A stretch of DNA of 64,000 nt from the NCBI RefSeq assembly GCF_009914755.1, contig NC_060926.1; one strand, 5' to 3'. The notes under the pieces were generated by a model that saw nothing but the letters and a program-made list of their open reading frames with translations, made no database searches and had not been told where the DNA came from. The position numbers and the translations under genes were made by a program. Positions 13,061-27,915 of this stretch are shown here, piece by piece (the first letter of the stretch is position 1; every line of letters begins with the position of its first letter). The DNA comes from the human T2T-CHM13v2.0 reference genome, Homo sapiens.

Positions 13061-14929
13061 ATTGTATATAGACTGTACATTCTCAATACAGTTTCTTGAC
13101 TTATATTCAAAAGGACAATTTTTATTTTTGCAATGGCCTACATAAAATGCTTCTTTAATCCCCTTGTAACTTTGCTGTAAAAATTGAACTCAAGAGATAA
13201 GTAGTTTTGAGGTTTTGGGAAAGGAAAGAAACAACGATTTGATTCTTCTTGAAGGGTGATCTCTTGTTACATATTTTTCCTATGATTTTAATGAGTGTAT
13301 TGCAAAAAAGTTCTGCCGGATCCTTATATTTTCTAGAAAATCTTTATTTCCTTACTCCTACTTCTGTGTTGGTTTCCTTAAAACATGACATTTGAATAAA
13401 ATTTATGCCTTAGGAAAAATGTATTTCTTTTAAGCTGTAAGGTTTCCAACATCGTACTGACATAGATTCAAAGGAGAGGTTCCATGTCAAATTTTGTACT
13501 TCAACAAGATCCTGTTCCATTCCAGTTCATTGCATCAGGCTATAGCTTTCATTTAAAATTTTTTCTTTGAGAATGCTGTGAGTGAAATGTGTGGCTCTCT
13601 TTCCATACCAGGAAAATCCTCTATAGAGTAGTGTATACTGGAAAGACTTATAATAAGATATACTACTGATTTCCCATGTCTAACATTTGGTTCTCTGATG
13701 TTTATGGGCTCTACTAATCAGCCTTGTGGTAATTGGTTTTCTGACCATAATTTGAACAGAAAATATTACTGAATTAATTGTTTTTAATTGAAGGAAAGTC
13801 AATGTAGTTTTTATAATACATTTTTACTAAGAGGGACCAATATCATATGTTCCCATTGGAATTAGACTCAATTAACCTATTAGTGTTAGATGCATAAATA
13901 CCCATCCTCATACCCATCACACTGAGTACTTATTACACCCTACAACTTTTGTTTAGAGATAGCATGCATTATCTTATTTATCAAAGTATCTGAAGTAACT
14001 ATGGTTATCCTTATTTTATAAATAATAAACAGAGGCACAGAAAGTTCAGAGTTACATTTGAATGAAATAACATGTTAAAAAAGTGAAAATAGGTTTTAAT
14101 TTTTCATCCCAAGATGGTAAACACATGCTCATAACATAGGTCTGCATTGACCTCTCTATACCTGGAGGCTGAGGTTGAGCAATTTATATTTCTAGACCAA
14201 AATTCTCGAAAATGAACAAAATTATATTGCATTTATTTCCCTGCTATTCATTACATAATAGGAACACACTTAATTTTTGTACATGAATCATGAGCATGGT
14301 TCAAGATTTCCAGCTCTGACTCTAAATACTTTTCCATAATCATCCTACTTCTGTTCCGTAAGTGTATACACACACACAAACACACATATACAAATACATA
14401 TGTATACACCTCCACTCTTACTACTGTTCTTTCTTTGTCCGTGGTGCTGAAAGCAGGAAGCTGTTCCATAAAGAATAATGACAGAAATTATAACAATAAA
14501 AGGTGCTGTACTTATCAACCATCAAAATGATGTTAATCATATATTGTGCATAACATAGAGATATTTGTATTTCTTGGTATATTACCCTAAATTCTCAATA
14601 TAAAGATCAAAAGAACTTAATAATTAGGAGAATAAAATAATGTTAAATATTGTTAGTCACACTTTGAGAAACCAAAGGTTAAAAGACTAGCCAACATCTC
14701 ACAGAGAGCTTTGAATTGATTGCAGCTGACTGCAAATATGCTGACTAATTATCATGCCCTTTAATAGTACTATCTTGCCTGGCTTTTATGTTAGCCTAGG
14801 GAAAATTGTCATGGAAAAATGTGAATGGCTAAATATTTTATTCAAATTTATCACCTGTCATCAACAACTAGAAATGTATGAGCCAGTTATTCACCCAACT
14901 ACATGCTGTGGTAGGATGATGGCAGTGAT

Positions 14930-15160
14930 TATAACAAAAACTACTACCATTTACTGAACACTTACTGTGATCTTTATAAGGGTCAGCTAACTTAATCTTT
15001 ACTTCAACCTCATAAAAAATAAAATTCTTATTTTGGAGTTACAGAACCTTTTACATGGGGAGATTTAGTTGCCTGTTTTCCTTGGTATTGGAGCAGAGTT
15101 ACTGTTCCAAACCAGATTATCTACACCAAAGTCTATGCTCTTAATCATTATTCTGTATCA
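14930..15160 (-). mobile_element. MIR SINE
   Basis: CTACCATTTACTGAACACTTACTGTG...AAAGTCTATGCTCTTAATCATTA. Confidence 0.6.
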
Positions 15161-15319
15161 CCTGCTTCATTTTATACACTCATTGTTGGTAGCTATCAAA
15201 ATTGTAGGTATTGTATTGCCATGACTGAAGTCTGTCTTTATGAGTCAGTGTGAAACAGTGATACAAAAAATAGTATATTTCCAATTAGTTACCTCGTGTA
15301 GATCTTCCGTGTGACCTTA

Positions 15320-15505
<186 letters not shown>

Positions 15506-16335
15506 GGAAAATAAATTCAGAAAAAATTGTACCACAAAGTCATTTGTTTGCAGACAATTATGTATTGTGTAGATATAACCAGTCTTTGACAGACATGTCA
15601 CTTACACTTTGGAAATTATTAGACTTGCCTAAACTTGTAGTTCATTTAGTTGATATTGCTGAAAACAAAACAAATCACTACTGTGCCTTTGATGATTCTT
15701 GAGAAGTTCAAAAGGGAAATACAACAATAATTTGCTACTGCTGTGCCATGCACTGCACTACATAGCTCACAGAATTTACTTTTAATTATCATATACCTTT
15801 TGCTCTCTATTTCATATGTATACATATATATTCATATATCATATTTATTTTTATATTCATATATAATATTTATATGTAACTAAAATATTATATAGTTAAT
15901 CAGTGGCGAAGCCAAAATGGTAATCAGTGTATTTTGATTATAAAACATTAAAAATATTAACTATATCAGAAGTTACAAAGTGTTCAATTCAGTACAAATG
16001 CAATATTTGTTGCATTTATATTTCCACTTTTTTTTTGCCCAGAGTGTGTGTTTTGTAGATGTTGCAGTTGTTAGAGTTTGTCCATAGTATTTTTGAATTA
16101 AAGTACGTCACAAAGAAATTAAGATTTTTTTCTCTTGAAATATTAGCCATCTGGCTGTGTTAGGCTCATATTCATGCATAGATGTATTGACTAAATCTAG
16201 GTGTACTTTAAATGAGAATGTTCTCTTTAGGGTAGTGTAGTCCCCACCTGGCTCACTTCACTCATTTGTGTTAGCATATGTTCCCTGTAGGAATTCAGGT
16301 TTGTTGCTTTTGCGTTATACTCAAATGCACTAAAG

Positions 16336-16523
16336 CAGGGTTCAGCAAACCATGGCTCATGCGGAACAGCCTATTTTTGAATATAAGTTAAGGATGGTTT
16401 CTGCACCATTACAAGGTAAGAGAAAAGAGAGTTAATAATAAAAGGGGATGTGACAGTAACTATACATGGTCCGCAAAGCCTAAAATATTTACTATCTGGC
16501 CCTATATAGATGGCTGACCTCTT
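16336..16523 (+). mobile_element. MER58A-like hAT-Charlie non-autonomous DNA transposon
   Basis: CAGGGTTCAGCAAAC start; GCAAAGCCTAAAATATTTACTATCTGGCCCT...GCTGACCTCT end. Confidence 0.8.
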
Positions 16524-17265
16524 CTTTAGAGTATTTTATGGGACTTGTTTATTCTACACTGCCTCTGACTCTTTGAAAAAGATTGGTAGCATTATTCAAT
16601 ACAATCATGGACACTAGAAGAGATTTTTTCATGGCAATTAGCCTGGCCATCTTGGGCAAAATTAGAGCCTTTGAGGCTTTCATGTTTGTTTCTGTTTTTT
16701 TTTTTTTTTTCTATGAGCTAAGAGAAAACCATGGTCTATAAGATATTTCTGGAAGCAAAACTAATAACCCCACATGGACAGCTGATTTCTGTGTTACTTC
16801 TGCTTTTAAAGCCAGATTGGGCATCAAAGGATTGCCTGAACTGTTCATTTGGAGCTATTTGTTTGAAGCTGATTAGTGAAAATGCTAAGTGTGAGTAAGC
16901 AATGTTACTTAAACTCTAGGATTTGGAGAGTTTTTTCACCAGAGGAATCTGATTTAGCTGATTGGAAGGGTACACTGATAGATTTCTTGTTAGTAGGAAT
17001 TTAGGAACACAGGGGAGAGCAGGTTTAGCAACACAGGCATGCTGATTATGAAGCGTGGTACCACTTACGGGGGAAGAACTCTAATATCTTTAGAGTAAAT
17101 GAGTAAAGAGGGCCTGGAGATGAATTTGATAATGTATACCTCACCCAAAGGTACTAAAATAGGGAGAAACATAGCAAGTAGCATTGTGCTCACCCAACCA
17201 GAGGCATCTCTAGCTCAATCAGTTCAGCCATGACTTCTCATTGGTAATTTGATTTGAATCATAAT

Positions 17266-17591
17266 TGATATGATTTGGCCATGTCCCCACCCACATTTCA
17301 TCTTGAATTCTCACATGTTGGGAGGTAATTGAATCATGGGGCAGGTCTTCTCATGCTGCTTTCCTGATAATACATAAGTCTCATGAGATCCATTGGTTTT
17401 AAAAAGAGGAGTTTCCCTGCACAAGCCCTCTTCTCTTGTCTACTGCCATGTGAGACATGACCTTCACCTTCTACCATGATTGTGAGGCTTCCCCAGCCAC
17501 ATGAAAGTGTAAGTCCAACAAACCTCTTTCTTTTGCAAATTGCCCAGTCTGGGATATATCCTTATCAGCAGCATGAAAATGGACAAATACA
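17266..17591 (+). mobile_element. Solo THE1 (THE1C-like) MaLR LTR
   Basis: TGATATGATTTGG...GGACAAATACA termini; TSD ATAAT/GTAAT. Confidence 0.92.
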
Positions 17592-18914
17592 GTAATCTTT
17601 GACTATTAGAGTAGAAGACATTCAAAAGCATTTTAGTGCATCTTCATCTCATGAACAGCATTAAAAAAAAGCAAATAAAATGGTCATAAAATTTAATTAA
17701 TTTGCCCAAATTTGTCCTAAAGAGTCAGCATTAGTATCTAGATATCCTATTGCAAATTTGGGGCTCTTTTTATTACATTGTCTATAATTCCACTGACTTT
17801 TTTTTCTAAAGAGCATTATTAAAAAAATCAGTTGCCGATTGCTTTTGAGTAGCATACCGAAAGAACAAAGGTCTTAGGATTGGATAATCAATGTAATGAA
17901 TATTTATAAGACTATTTGTAAATGGATTTTGACTAATACAAATAGATCTGGTAGCAATATTGTTTCATAACATATATCTGTGAATGGTGTTTTAGTATCT
18001 TAGGGGTTGGGGCTTCCTTGCTGAGGACTCAGCTAAGTAAGAAAGCCAGTGCATTATTTTTGGACTCAGAATAGACCAATGTGAAGGTATTAACAAGAGT
18101 AAAGACGGCAATAAGAGGGTTGAGCTATTTTAGCTTTTCCCTCAAGTAAGTTTTAACTTTTGCTTAAAAACATTAATTTTAAGGATGTCTATTTTGTTTT
18201 TGAGGCCACTGTGCCACCAGGTTATTTATTAAAACAATTAATGATTAATTTACTATTTTTCTGCCAATGAAAGAGCTAGGATTCATAGGTTTAATTATGG
18301 CTGTGTCAGTTGCTCTTTATGGAGGCTTTGGCAAGTAATTTAAATTCTGAATCTAACAAATTTCCTAAGAATGAATTAACTAGTAGTTCTAGGTACATAC
18401 TGTAAAGTATATATAGGAAACTAAAATTTAGATAAGACATATTTGGTTTGGCGAGCTGTAAGGAGTTAATAGTTTTAATAAACTGTGTTCAGGATAATGT
18501 GAGTGTAAGATATGTTCAGCTGAAAGTAAAGAAAATGATTAAACAAAAATATGAAATAAACAACAACAAAAAGGAACGAGTAAACGAAAATGCAGTCCAG
18601 CAGCAACAATATGCTAGAAAGTTGGAGGAAACCCTGAAAAATGGAAAGCTGTTGGGACCAGACTAATGGGAAAAAGTACTGAAGGGGAAAGTTGGAATCT
18701 TTTCGAAGAAAATGATTAATAGCATGCACAAAGATGTCCTGGAATGTTTATCACATCAGTACGAGTCATAGAATTTGGAAGCAAACTTTCCTTTCACCAA
18801 CACGTCTTGTTTTAATAAATCATGATATATCAATACTTTGGAACATTATGTAGCCATTAAAATGATGTTACTCAATTATATCTATTCATATCAAAGCTGC
18901 AAAATCACACTTAA

Positions 18915-19340
18915 ATTATTCAATAAAAATTTATTTAGCCCCTTCTAGGCATTGGACACTATTATGTGTACTAGAGGTTCAATGATAAACTCAAAGTAGT
19001 CCTGCTTTGAGTTTATTGTCTATTAAATAGAAAACAGTCATCAGGTACATATGCAGATTAGTGAGTGTAAAGTTACAACTGTGAAAACATTCTTAAAAGC
19101 CTCATCTTAAGGAAGTGTGCAAAGTGGGGTCTGGATCTAATTGGGGATTTGAATGGGCTTTCCTGAAATCTGAAGGATGAAAGAATTGAGTTAACTATGT
19201 GAAAGTTAGGGGGTAAAAATTTAAGGGAGGGGAGAAAAAAGGTCATATGACCATATGGATTTTTGCTCCTTAGAAATTGAAATAAGATTTCTGTGGCTGG
19301 AGGTTAGAAAGTAATCTGTGAATGTAGGATAAAGTTGAAT
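18915..19340 (-). mobile_element. L2 fragment (probably continues ~19980-20580)
   Basis: ATTCAATAAAAATTTATTTAG... antisense L2 3' end and L2-like purine-rich body. Confidence 0.55.
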
Positions 19341-19399
19341 CAGAAAAAGGAATATTAAAAATTTGCTAGGTGAGTTTCTCTAAGTTTCCTCATATAAGT

Positions 19400-19741
19400 G
19401 AGATATTATTCACAGAAGCAGTGAGTAGAATGGTGGATACCTGGAGCTGGAGGGAAGGTGGGGAGGTTGGGGAGATGATCGTCAAAGGACATAAAATTTC
19501 AGTTAGAGGAATAAAGTCAAGAGATTAATTGTACAACATGGTGATTGTAGTTAATAACAATGTATTATATATTTGAAAATCACTAACAGTAATTTTTAAG
19601 TGTTCTCATCACATACACACAATAATCATGTGAGATAATATAATTGTAATTTGTTAAATTTAGCGTTATACAAGGTATATTTATTTTTTAAAATCATGTT
19701 ATATACCATAAATATATCCAATTCTTGTCTTTTTAAAAAAT
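19400..19741 (+). mobile_element. L1MA-like 3' UTR fragment
   Basis: CACAGAAGCAGTGAGTAGAATGGTGG...TACAACATGGTGATTGTAGTTAATAACAATGTATT; possible TSD AAAATTTGCTAGGTGA / AAAATTGCTGGGTGA. Confidence 0.85.
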
Positions 19742-19754
19742 AAAATTGCTGGGT

Positions 19755-19950
19755 GACAAATATTGAATGCTTACCGCATGTTGAACATTAAGAATGATCA
19801 CACTAAGAACTCTCAATAGCTTTTGAGACAGGTATGAGTATCATTTGCATTTCTCCAGATAAGTACACTAGGATGAAACTAAACCCATGTCACACAGTAC
19901 TGCCAGAGCTAGGGTTTGAATCCAGACTGAATAGCAATCACTGTGCTACA
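19755..19950 (-). mobile_element. MIR SINE
   Basis: TATTGAATGCTTAC...GTCACACAG...AGAGCTAGGGTTTGAATCCAG. Confidence 0.7.
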
Positions 19951-20424
19951 CTCATCTTTTGGGTAGGAGATAGTCCATAGGTCTATTTTAAATGTTCTGG
20001 ATTTTGATTTTTATCCTAAAATAAGATAACAAGCATTGGCAAGTTGCCATTTTTTTGATAAATTCTTAAGGCATTTGTGGGGAGGAATATTCAAGTGGAG
20101 AGAAAGAGAAAGTAAAGGAGGCCAGCGAGAAAGCTATTAAATAATGCAGAGGAGAGGTCATGATAGCTCGCTCCAAGAGGGAAGATTAGAGATGGAGGGA
20201 AGAAGACAGGTTGCAGAGACGCAGAACAGGTGAAATTGCATGGTACTCCATAATGGACCTGCTGGGGTGCAACGTGAGAGGCCGATCTCAGGTCTGTGTG
20301 GAGGATGACAACCTGCCTTGAGATAGGCAGCACTGAACAAAGGGCCCGATGACTATGAGTGTGTTCTTTTTTTTTCTTATTGAGTGCTTCGAAACACTTA
20401 TATATTGAAGTCAAACCGCATGAA

Positions 20425-20459
20425 TGTGTGTGTGTGTGTGCGTGTGTGTGTGTGTGTGT
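20425..20459. repeat. (TG)n microsatellite
   Basis: Direct reading; one CG interruption. Confidence 0.95.
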
Positions 20460-22344
20460 ATGCATGTATATCTGGAACTCAGGGAAGTTTACTGAGCTGG
20501 GGATAGATTTGCCAATCATCTATGGGTAGTTAGGAATTAGAACTATGGGTATCAATGAAGTTTCCTAGGGACATACATGAATGAATAGAGATGAACATAA
20601 TAAATCAAGTATTAATAGTAATTATTTCTCTGTTATAATTATAGGTATTCTTTGTGCTAGTTTTCTTTATTTGTATTTTTGTTTTACTTTAATCAGCATA
20701 TATTGATTTCTGTGGGAAAAAAATTGAAAAAGATTTTTTTTTTCAATTGAGAAGAAAAAGTTTATTGTATACGGCAAAGGGTAGAGGAGAAGAGAACCAA
20801 GATGGACCCGGGGTTTTGTGTCTGGATCAAAAGGCTTTTCTCCTCTCATTTTGCACTGTTTACCCCACTCAGTTTGGCGCTACCTTTTATTACTCACTAG
20901 CAGTATCATTTCCATCAAAACTCTAATTTTTAAATATTTTTTGGACAGTAATGTTAGCTGTTATCAGAAGTTGTCAACAGAACTTAAATTCAATTTTACT
21001 TATACTTTAACATACAGGCTGCACATGCTAAATGCTTGTCACTTAGAATGCTGTTCTCATTAGTCTGGATTGCAGATTTTGTTGTCATGATGATATGTCT
21101 GGCAACATTCTCATAGTGGGTGAGCTCGACTGTCTAGGGATTATCTTCTATTACAGTTCAGTTTATCATGCTCTGTTTGATATGTTCTTTATTAAGAAAC
21201 TTAATTACCTATAGTTCTAGATATTATGTGCTAATGAGTTGTACGTGTGAGTAAATGTATTCCGAACTCATTTTTGGCTGCTGATATATTTCTACAAAGA
21301 TGCTTTGAGAAAAAGAAGCGATAAGATCTGCTTCCATTCTTGGTCAGAAAAGTTGCCACTTAGTCATAATGTGGCTTTATTCCATGTTTCCATGAAATTC
21401 ATTTGAGACATAGTAAACTCATATTTTTGAATTTAATATTTGTAAGCACACTGTCAGTTATCCACATAGTCAAGTAAAACTTAGCCGTGAACAAAATCTT
21501 TGAACTGTAATGTCATATTGTGTCAGGTAATCTTATTCAGCTATGAAATACTTAATACTTTAAAAATGACACTTTATTGAGCACTTCTATGTATAACAGT
21601 GTTTAGTAAAATGTTTATTTTGACTACTTACTATAGTTACATCAATTTGGTATTTCCAGCAGTAGTCAGAGGAAGCACAATTTAATTAAATATGTGGATG
21701 GAGAAAATTGATTTCAGAGCAAAGTTTCTTGTTTCAGATTACTTGTTTGGATCTCAGATTTTGCGTGTTGTTAAGGGACTTACATTTGTATAACCAATTG
21801 TAATAAATGAAGATTTCCATGAGGCATATGGTTGCATTCATTTCGGAAGAACTACAGATTTCAAGTAAAACAAAACAAAACACAGAAATCACTGAACCAA
21901 GGCACATTTATTGAGTACAGACATCAAACAAATCTCATTTTTGTATTAAAATCTAAAAATTCCATATAAATAGCTATGTTTGTAGGTTGTTCTCTTAGGC
22001 TAAAAATAAAGACAGATATTGCATCTTTCATCAACCTAACATCAAGATATTTGCGTGGGACCAATCTTCTCAAGATTTGATTTTAAATTGTTGCTTAGTC
22101 TTATTCAAATTGCATGTATCCTTCCCTCTCAAGGTACATAAAATGAAATGTTCTGAAAAGACAATTATGTGAATATGGGAGATTCTAGGGACTTACAGAC
22201 TCTACTAATTTTAGCAATAATTTTTTTCTCATAGTGAGGTCCATTTTCAGAGTACATTAAATCATGTATAAATAGTCTTCATCTTTCAGTAAAGAAACTG
22301 ATTCTTCCAGTTGAAATTTAAACTTTCTTTTACTCTCTTTTTCT

Positions 22345-22745
22345 TTTTTCTGTTGTCAACTTCATTGAAATGTAATTTGCATACAGTGAAGTTCATCCTT
22401 CTTAGTGAACAGTTCTGAGTTTTGGCAGCTATATATATCTGCTGCCACTATTAGGATACAGAATAGTTAGCCCAAACTCCCTCTTGCCCCACTTTAGTCA
22501 CCTTTCCTTGACTCTCACTCTTTGGTAGGCGCCAATATGTTTTTTGTTCAGATAGTTTTGCTTTAGCAGATTGTTATATAAATAAAATCAGACAATATGT
22601 AGCCTTTCAGGATTGGTTTCCAAAGTTCATCTAATGCATTTGAGATTCGTGCATGCTGTGGTGTGTGTATCAGTCTCTGTTTTCTTTTAATGCAGAATAG
22701 TATCCCATTATATGGATATGCCATAGTTTGTTCAGCCATTTTATG
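22345..22745 (-). mobile_element. Old L1M (MB/MC/ME-like) 3' fragment
   Basis: CAACTTCATTGAAATGTAATTTGCATACAGTGAA...AGTATCCCATTATATGGATATGCCATAGTTTG. Confidence 0.75.
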
Positions 22746-22838
22746 CTTTCTTTTTATTCTCTTTTTTCAAAATTAATTATTTATTTATATTAATTTTGTG
22801 GGTACATAATAGTTGTATATATTTATGAGATACATCCG

Positions 22839-23174
22839 ATTTCTTTTTTTTCCTTTTTTTTTTTTTGGAGACAGGGTGGTAGTCTGTCACCCAGGCTAGA
22901 GTGCAGTAGTGTGATCGTGGCTCTCTGCAGCCTGGACCACCCTGGACTCAACCAGTTCTCCTGCTACGGCCTCCTGAGTGGTTGGGACTACAGGTGTGCA
23001 CTATTATGCCTTGCTGATTTTTTTGTGTATTTATACATATATTTTTTGTTGTTGTTGTTGACATGGGGTTTTGCAAAATTGACAGACTGGTGTTAAACTA
23101 CTGGGCTCAAGTGGTCTGTGTGTCTTGGCCTACCAAAGTACTGGGACTACAGGTGTGAGCCACTGCACCCGGCC
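22839..23174 (-). mobile_element. AluJ-like element inserted into the L1MA 3' UTR
   Basis: Poly(T), GAGACAGGGT..., CTGGGCTCAAG, ends CCCGGCC; highly diverged. Confidence 0.93.
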
Positions 23175-24618
23175 CTATACATGGGGTACAGGAGATGCTT
23201 GATACAGGAATACAATGCATACCAGTCATATCAGGGTAAATGGGGTGTCCAGCACCTTAAGCATTTACCCTTTCTTTGTGTTACAGACTATAAAATTATA
23301 CTCTTTTAGTTATTTTAAAATATAGAATAGATTATTGTTACTGTAGTTACCCTGTTTTGCTATCAAATATAGATCTTATTCACCCTATCTAACTATATTT
23401 TTGTACCCACTAACAAAACCCGCTTCAATCCCCCCTCCAGCCACTACCACACTACCATTCCCAGCCTCTGGTAACCATCATTCTACTCTCTATCTCTGTA
23501 AGCTCAATTTTTTTTTAAAAAATTTAGTTTCCACAAATAAGTAAGAACATGTGAAGTTTGTCTTTCTGCACCACACTTATTCCACTTAACATAATGACCT
23601 CCTGTTCCATCCATGTTGTTGCAAATGACAGGATCTCATACTTTTATATGGCTGGATAGTATTCCATTGTGTATAAGTACAACAATTTCTTCATCCACTC
23701 ATCTGTTGATGGACACTTAGGTTGCTTCCAAATTTTGGCTATTTTGAATAGGGCTGCAATAAACATAGAAGTGCAGGTATCCCTGTGATACACTGATTTC
23801 CTTTCTTTTGGGTGTATACTTGGTGGTGGGGTTGCTGGATCTTATAATAGCTCTATTTTTAGTCTTTTAAGGAACCTCCAACTGTTTGCCATAGTGCTTG
23901 TACTAATTTACATTCCCACCAACAGTGTACAAGGGTCCCCTTTTCTAAATATCCTTGCCAGCACTTATTACTGCCTGTCTTTTGAATAAAAGCCATTTTA
24001 ACTGGGATGTGATGATATCTCATTGTAGCTTTGATTTGCATATCTCTGATGATCAGTGATGTTGAGCATCTATTCATACACCTGTTTGCCATTTGTAGTC
24101 TTCTTTTAAGAGGTGTCTATTAGATCTTCGCCCATTTTTAATTGCATTATTAGACTTTTTCCCTATATAGTTGTTTGAGCTCCTTATGTAATCTGGTTAT
24201 TAATCTCTTATCAGATGGATAGTCTGAAAATCTGTTCCCCCATTCCGTAGGTTGTCTCTTCACTTTGTTGATTGTTTCCTTTGCTGTGCAGAAGCTTTTT
24301 AACTTGATATGATTCCATTTGTCCATCTTTGCTTTCGTTGCGCATGCTTGTTGATTATTACTCAAGAAATCTTTGCCAACTACAATGTCCTGATTCCTCA
24401 GTGGTTTTTGTTTCTTGTTTTTGTACAGTAGTTTCATAGTTTGAGGTCTTAGATTTTAGTCTTTTATCCATGTTTATTTGATTTTTATATACAGATCTAG
24501 TCTTATTCTGCATGTGGATATCCAGTTTCTCCATCATCATTTATTGAAGAGATTGTTCTTAGGACCTTTGTCGAAAATGAATTCACTGTATATGTATAAA
24601 TTTGTTTCTGAGTTCTCC

Positions 24619-24667
24619 TATTCTATTCTATTCTATTCTATTCTATTCTATTCTATTCTATTCTATT
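24619..24667. repeat. (TATTC)n pentanucleotide microsatellite
   Basis: About 9-10 perfect copies within L1 ORF2. Confidence 0.95.
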
Positions 24668-27600
24668 GGTCTATGTTTCTTTTTATGCCAGTAGCATGTT
24701 GTTTGTTCACTATAGCTCTGAAGTATAATTTGAAGTCTGGTAATGTAATTTCTCCATTTTTTCTTTTCTTTTCTTTCTTTTTTTTTTTTGGCTTAGGATA
24801 GCTTTGGCTATTCTGGGTCTTTTGTGATTCCACGTAAATTTTAGGATTGTATTTCCTATTTCTGTGAAGAATGGCATTCGTATTTTGATAGGAATTGCAC
24901 TGAATCTCCAGATTCCTTTGAGTAGTGTGGACATTTTAACAATATTGATTCTTCGAGCCCATGAACACGGAATATCTTTGTATTTTTCTTGGGTCTCCTT
25001 CAGTTTCTTTTATCAATGTTTTACAGTTTTTATTGTAGAAATTGTTTGTTCTTTTTGTTGTTGTTGTTACTTCCTAGCTATTTTATTTTATTTCCGGCTA
25101 TTGTAAATGGGATTACTTTCTTGATTTCTTTTTCAGATTGTTTATTCTGGGCATATAGAAATGGCTATTTTAATGTTGATTTTATGTCTTGCAGCTTTAC
25201 TGAATTTGTTTATTAGTTTGAATAGTCCTTGGTGGAGTCTTTAGGTTTTTCCAAATATAAGATTATATCATCTGCAAAGATGATTTGACTTTTTTCTTTC
25301 CAAGTTGAATGCCCTTCAGTTCTTTCTCTTGTCTGATTGATTTAGCTAGGACTTCCTACTTTATTTTCATTTTGTAGGTAGTATTTCTGCCATGAACACT
25401 AGGATTATATTAACATTTTAACTAGTTGCTGTTGTATCTACTTTTATTTTATTTTAGAACTTTTCCAATGAGTTGTTATGATTGTAGACTTTCTAATTGA
25501 AGAGCTTTTTATTTATTAAATTATTTGTAAACATTTCAATTGTAATAAGTATTGCATTTAATGAAAAATGAATTGCTTTAGAAAATATTCTATTAAAATT
25601 CTAGAGATATGTTAATGATTTATTTGTTGTATTTTTTGGTATGCTTTTTCCGGTAAAAAAATTAATTATGAAAAATTGGAAACAACAGACACGTATAAGG
25701 AAGAAAAATCCATAGTATTCTAACATGGCTCATAGTTTGCTGGAAAGTAATTACAAATTTTTTCAGTCTCTAATATCTGCAATATCAATCTCAAAGATTG
25801 AGAACTTCTGGCACACCATAGTTGGAAATTTTAAAAGTAAAGCCAAAATTAGCTAATTTAGTTAAGTGAGTTAGGGGAAGCAAGGTGAACCTATGGAGTA
25901 CAGATAAGAAAACACACTTCAGTGTTCAAGACATCAAAAAGAAAAAAAAGAGGAAAGAAAAATATATTTCATTATTTGAACTAGATTACATTCTTCCCTG
26001 GAGTTCCCTACTTTTGTTATCCTGCATAACTGTGTTTTAAGTAGGGTTAAAACTAAGATATTTCAAATTCTGTAGTAGAAAAAAAATAGTCTGGTATTAT
26101 AGATTAAAAAAATGAATTAAATATAATTATTAATCTAAGTTATGAAGCCTAAAAAATTCTAACTCATTTGTTTAAAACACGAATGTCCATATTCTTTTAC
26201 TTTATTCCATGATATATGAAAGTATAATAGCATGCATTCTATTTATAAACATCTATGTTTATCTTAAGGTACATATGCTAATGAACATTTACAAATTGCA
26301 TCCCTTACATTTTGCTATGAAGAATTTAAAGCACATACTTTACAGTTTGATTCATATTAATACTTAAGGTCTTTTTCATACAAGTTGTACCTACATTAAA
26401 AATTAGAAGGGGTCTTAGAAGTCATCTTAGTCCAAGTACCTTATTTTTCTGGAGAAGAAATTCATCTCTTAAATGGTTAGTGAATAGAAAAGTTTAAATA
26501 GATACAAGGATCCCTAGTTTCAATACAAAATAATTTCGCCTATAACATCACTGGGATGCAATGAATCTCACCAAAAATAATTTTCTATATGTCTGTTTGT
26601 AACAAGCGTTAGCCCCCAAGTATTTTAATCAAGAAGTAGCGATATATGAAAGAAATCCAGTCTTGTGGTTCACTCTTTTCTGTGACTCTCACCATTTCCC
26701 TCCCTCTATGCTCCCACCACAGTATTTGGGATCAGCTCCACCTTATCTCTTGTCAGGCCAGTACTTCTCACACCTTAGAGGATATGAGAGTCATCTGGAG
26801 AATCAGTAATGAGCACAAATTAGAATAGGGCCTGGGCCTGTGGATTTGCACCAACTTTTGTGGGTGAGTTTTATGCCCCCTAAAGAAATCACTGGTGTAG
26901 ACTCCTGCATGTGCTTCCACATAAGCCCCTTCCTCTCCAGCCTTTCTCATTCGTCTCGAATCAAGAGGACGTACTTTGGCTGGCACAAGCCTTCTAACTG
27001 CCTAGTCCATTGTATTGTTCCAAACAAGTTAATGGCATGCACTGAACTGAGACACACTTTCCACCTTGGCATCGGAAGGCTCCCCTGTAACATTCTAGCC
27101 TGGGTCTCTACTCCAGCATGACTGAACTCCGGCCCTTTAAGAGGAAGCATTAAAAGTGTGATTTCTGTTCTCAGAAACTTGAGTTAAGCTTATAGTTACT
27201 ACTAAGAGAAATGTTCTGAGCTTCACCATTTTTCTGGAAAAAAAAAAGGTTTTTAGGTGCTTTGAATATGATACATAAAAGCTGGGTATGGGGGAGAAGG
27301 CACTTAGCAAACTTGGGGATGATAATATGATAGGCTGGTCACCTTTCTGTTTAATTATTTTGCTTACAATGTTTCACTGACCATAGGTTTTGAACTTATA
27401 CATGCTTCAATCTTCAGTTTTGATTTCACTACTTCCTTGTGCCTTCTGATTTCCCTTGCTGTGTGCTTTCTTACTCTTCTGAACATGTATAGAGTTGTCA
27501 TATAGCCACTGGAAAAAAAATTCTGCCATATATGAGTGCTCGTATGCATTCTGCATTATCCTCACACAAGGCAAGGGAGCTGATTTCATTTCCTTTTGTA

Positions 27601-27704
27601 ATCACTGCACATGACAAGTTCCCAAAATACATATTGAATGAAGTCAATGAATACACTTATTTTGAACTCTTAATCTTTATAAACATTAATATTTTCTGGT
27701 AATC

Positions 27705-27915
27705 ATAATAACAGCTGCTGTTTATTCAGTAGTTAACATGTGCCAGCCTTGGTGCTAAGTGTTCTGTGTATGTTATTATTATGTTCTTAGAACAACTACC
27801 CCGAGATGCAAGTATTTTAATTCCATTTCATGTATGGGGCAGTTTGAAGCTCAGTAAAAAAATACCTTAATCACTTGCAATAGCTAATAAGGACTAGAGT
27901 TGAGAACTAAATATA
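27705..27915 (-). mobile_element. MIR SINE
   Basis: ATAATAACAGCTGCTGTTTATT...ATGTGCCAG...GTGCTAAGTG. Confidence 0.7.

Larger units (their letters stand above)
22760..25360 (-). mobile_element. L1MA (about MA1-3) ~2.2 kb 3' fragment, interrupted by an Alu and (TATTC)n
   Basis: Several broken ORF2 peptides (KMDKWNHIKLKSFCTAKETINKVKRQPTEW; [16 protein letters not shown]). Confidence 0.93.

Noticed and set aside
20091-20519. 142-aa ORF with an HTHTHT tract
   Set aside because: Read-through of a (CA)n microsatellite and L2-like sequence.
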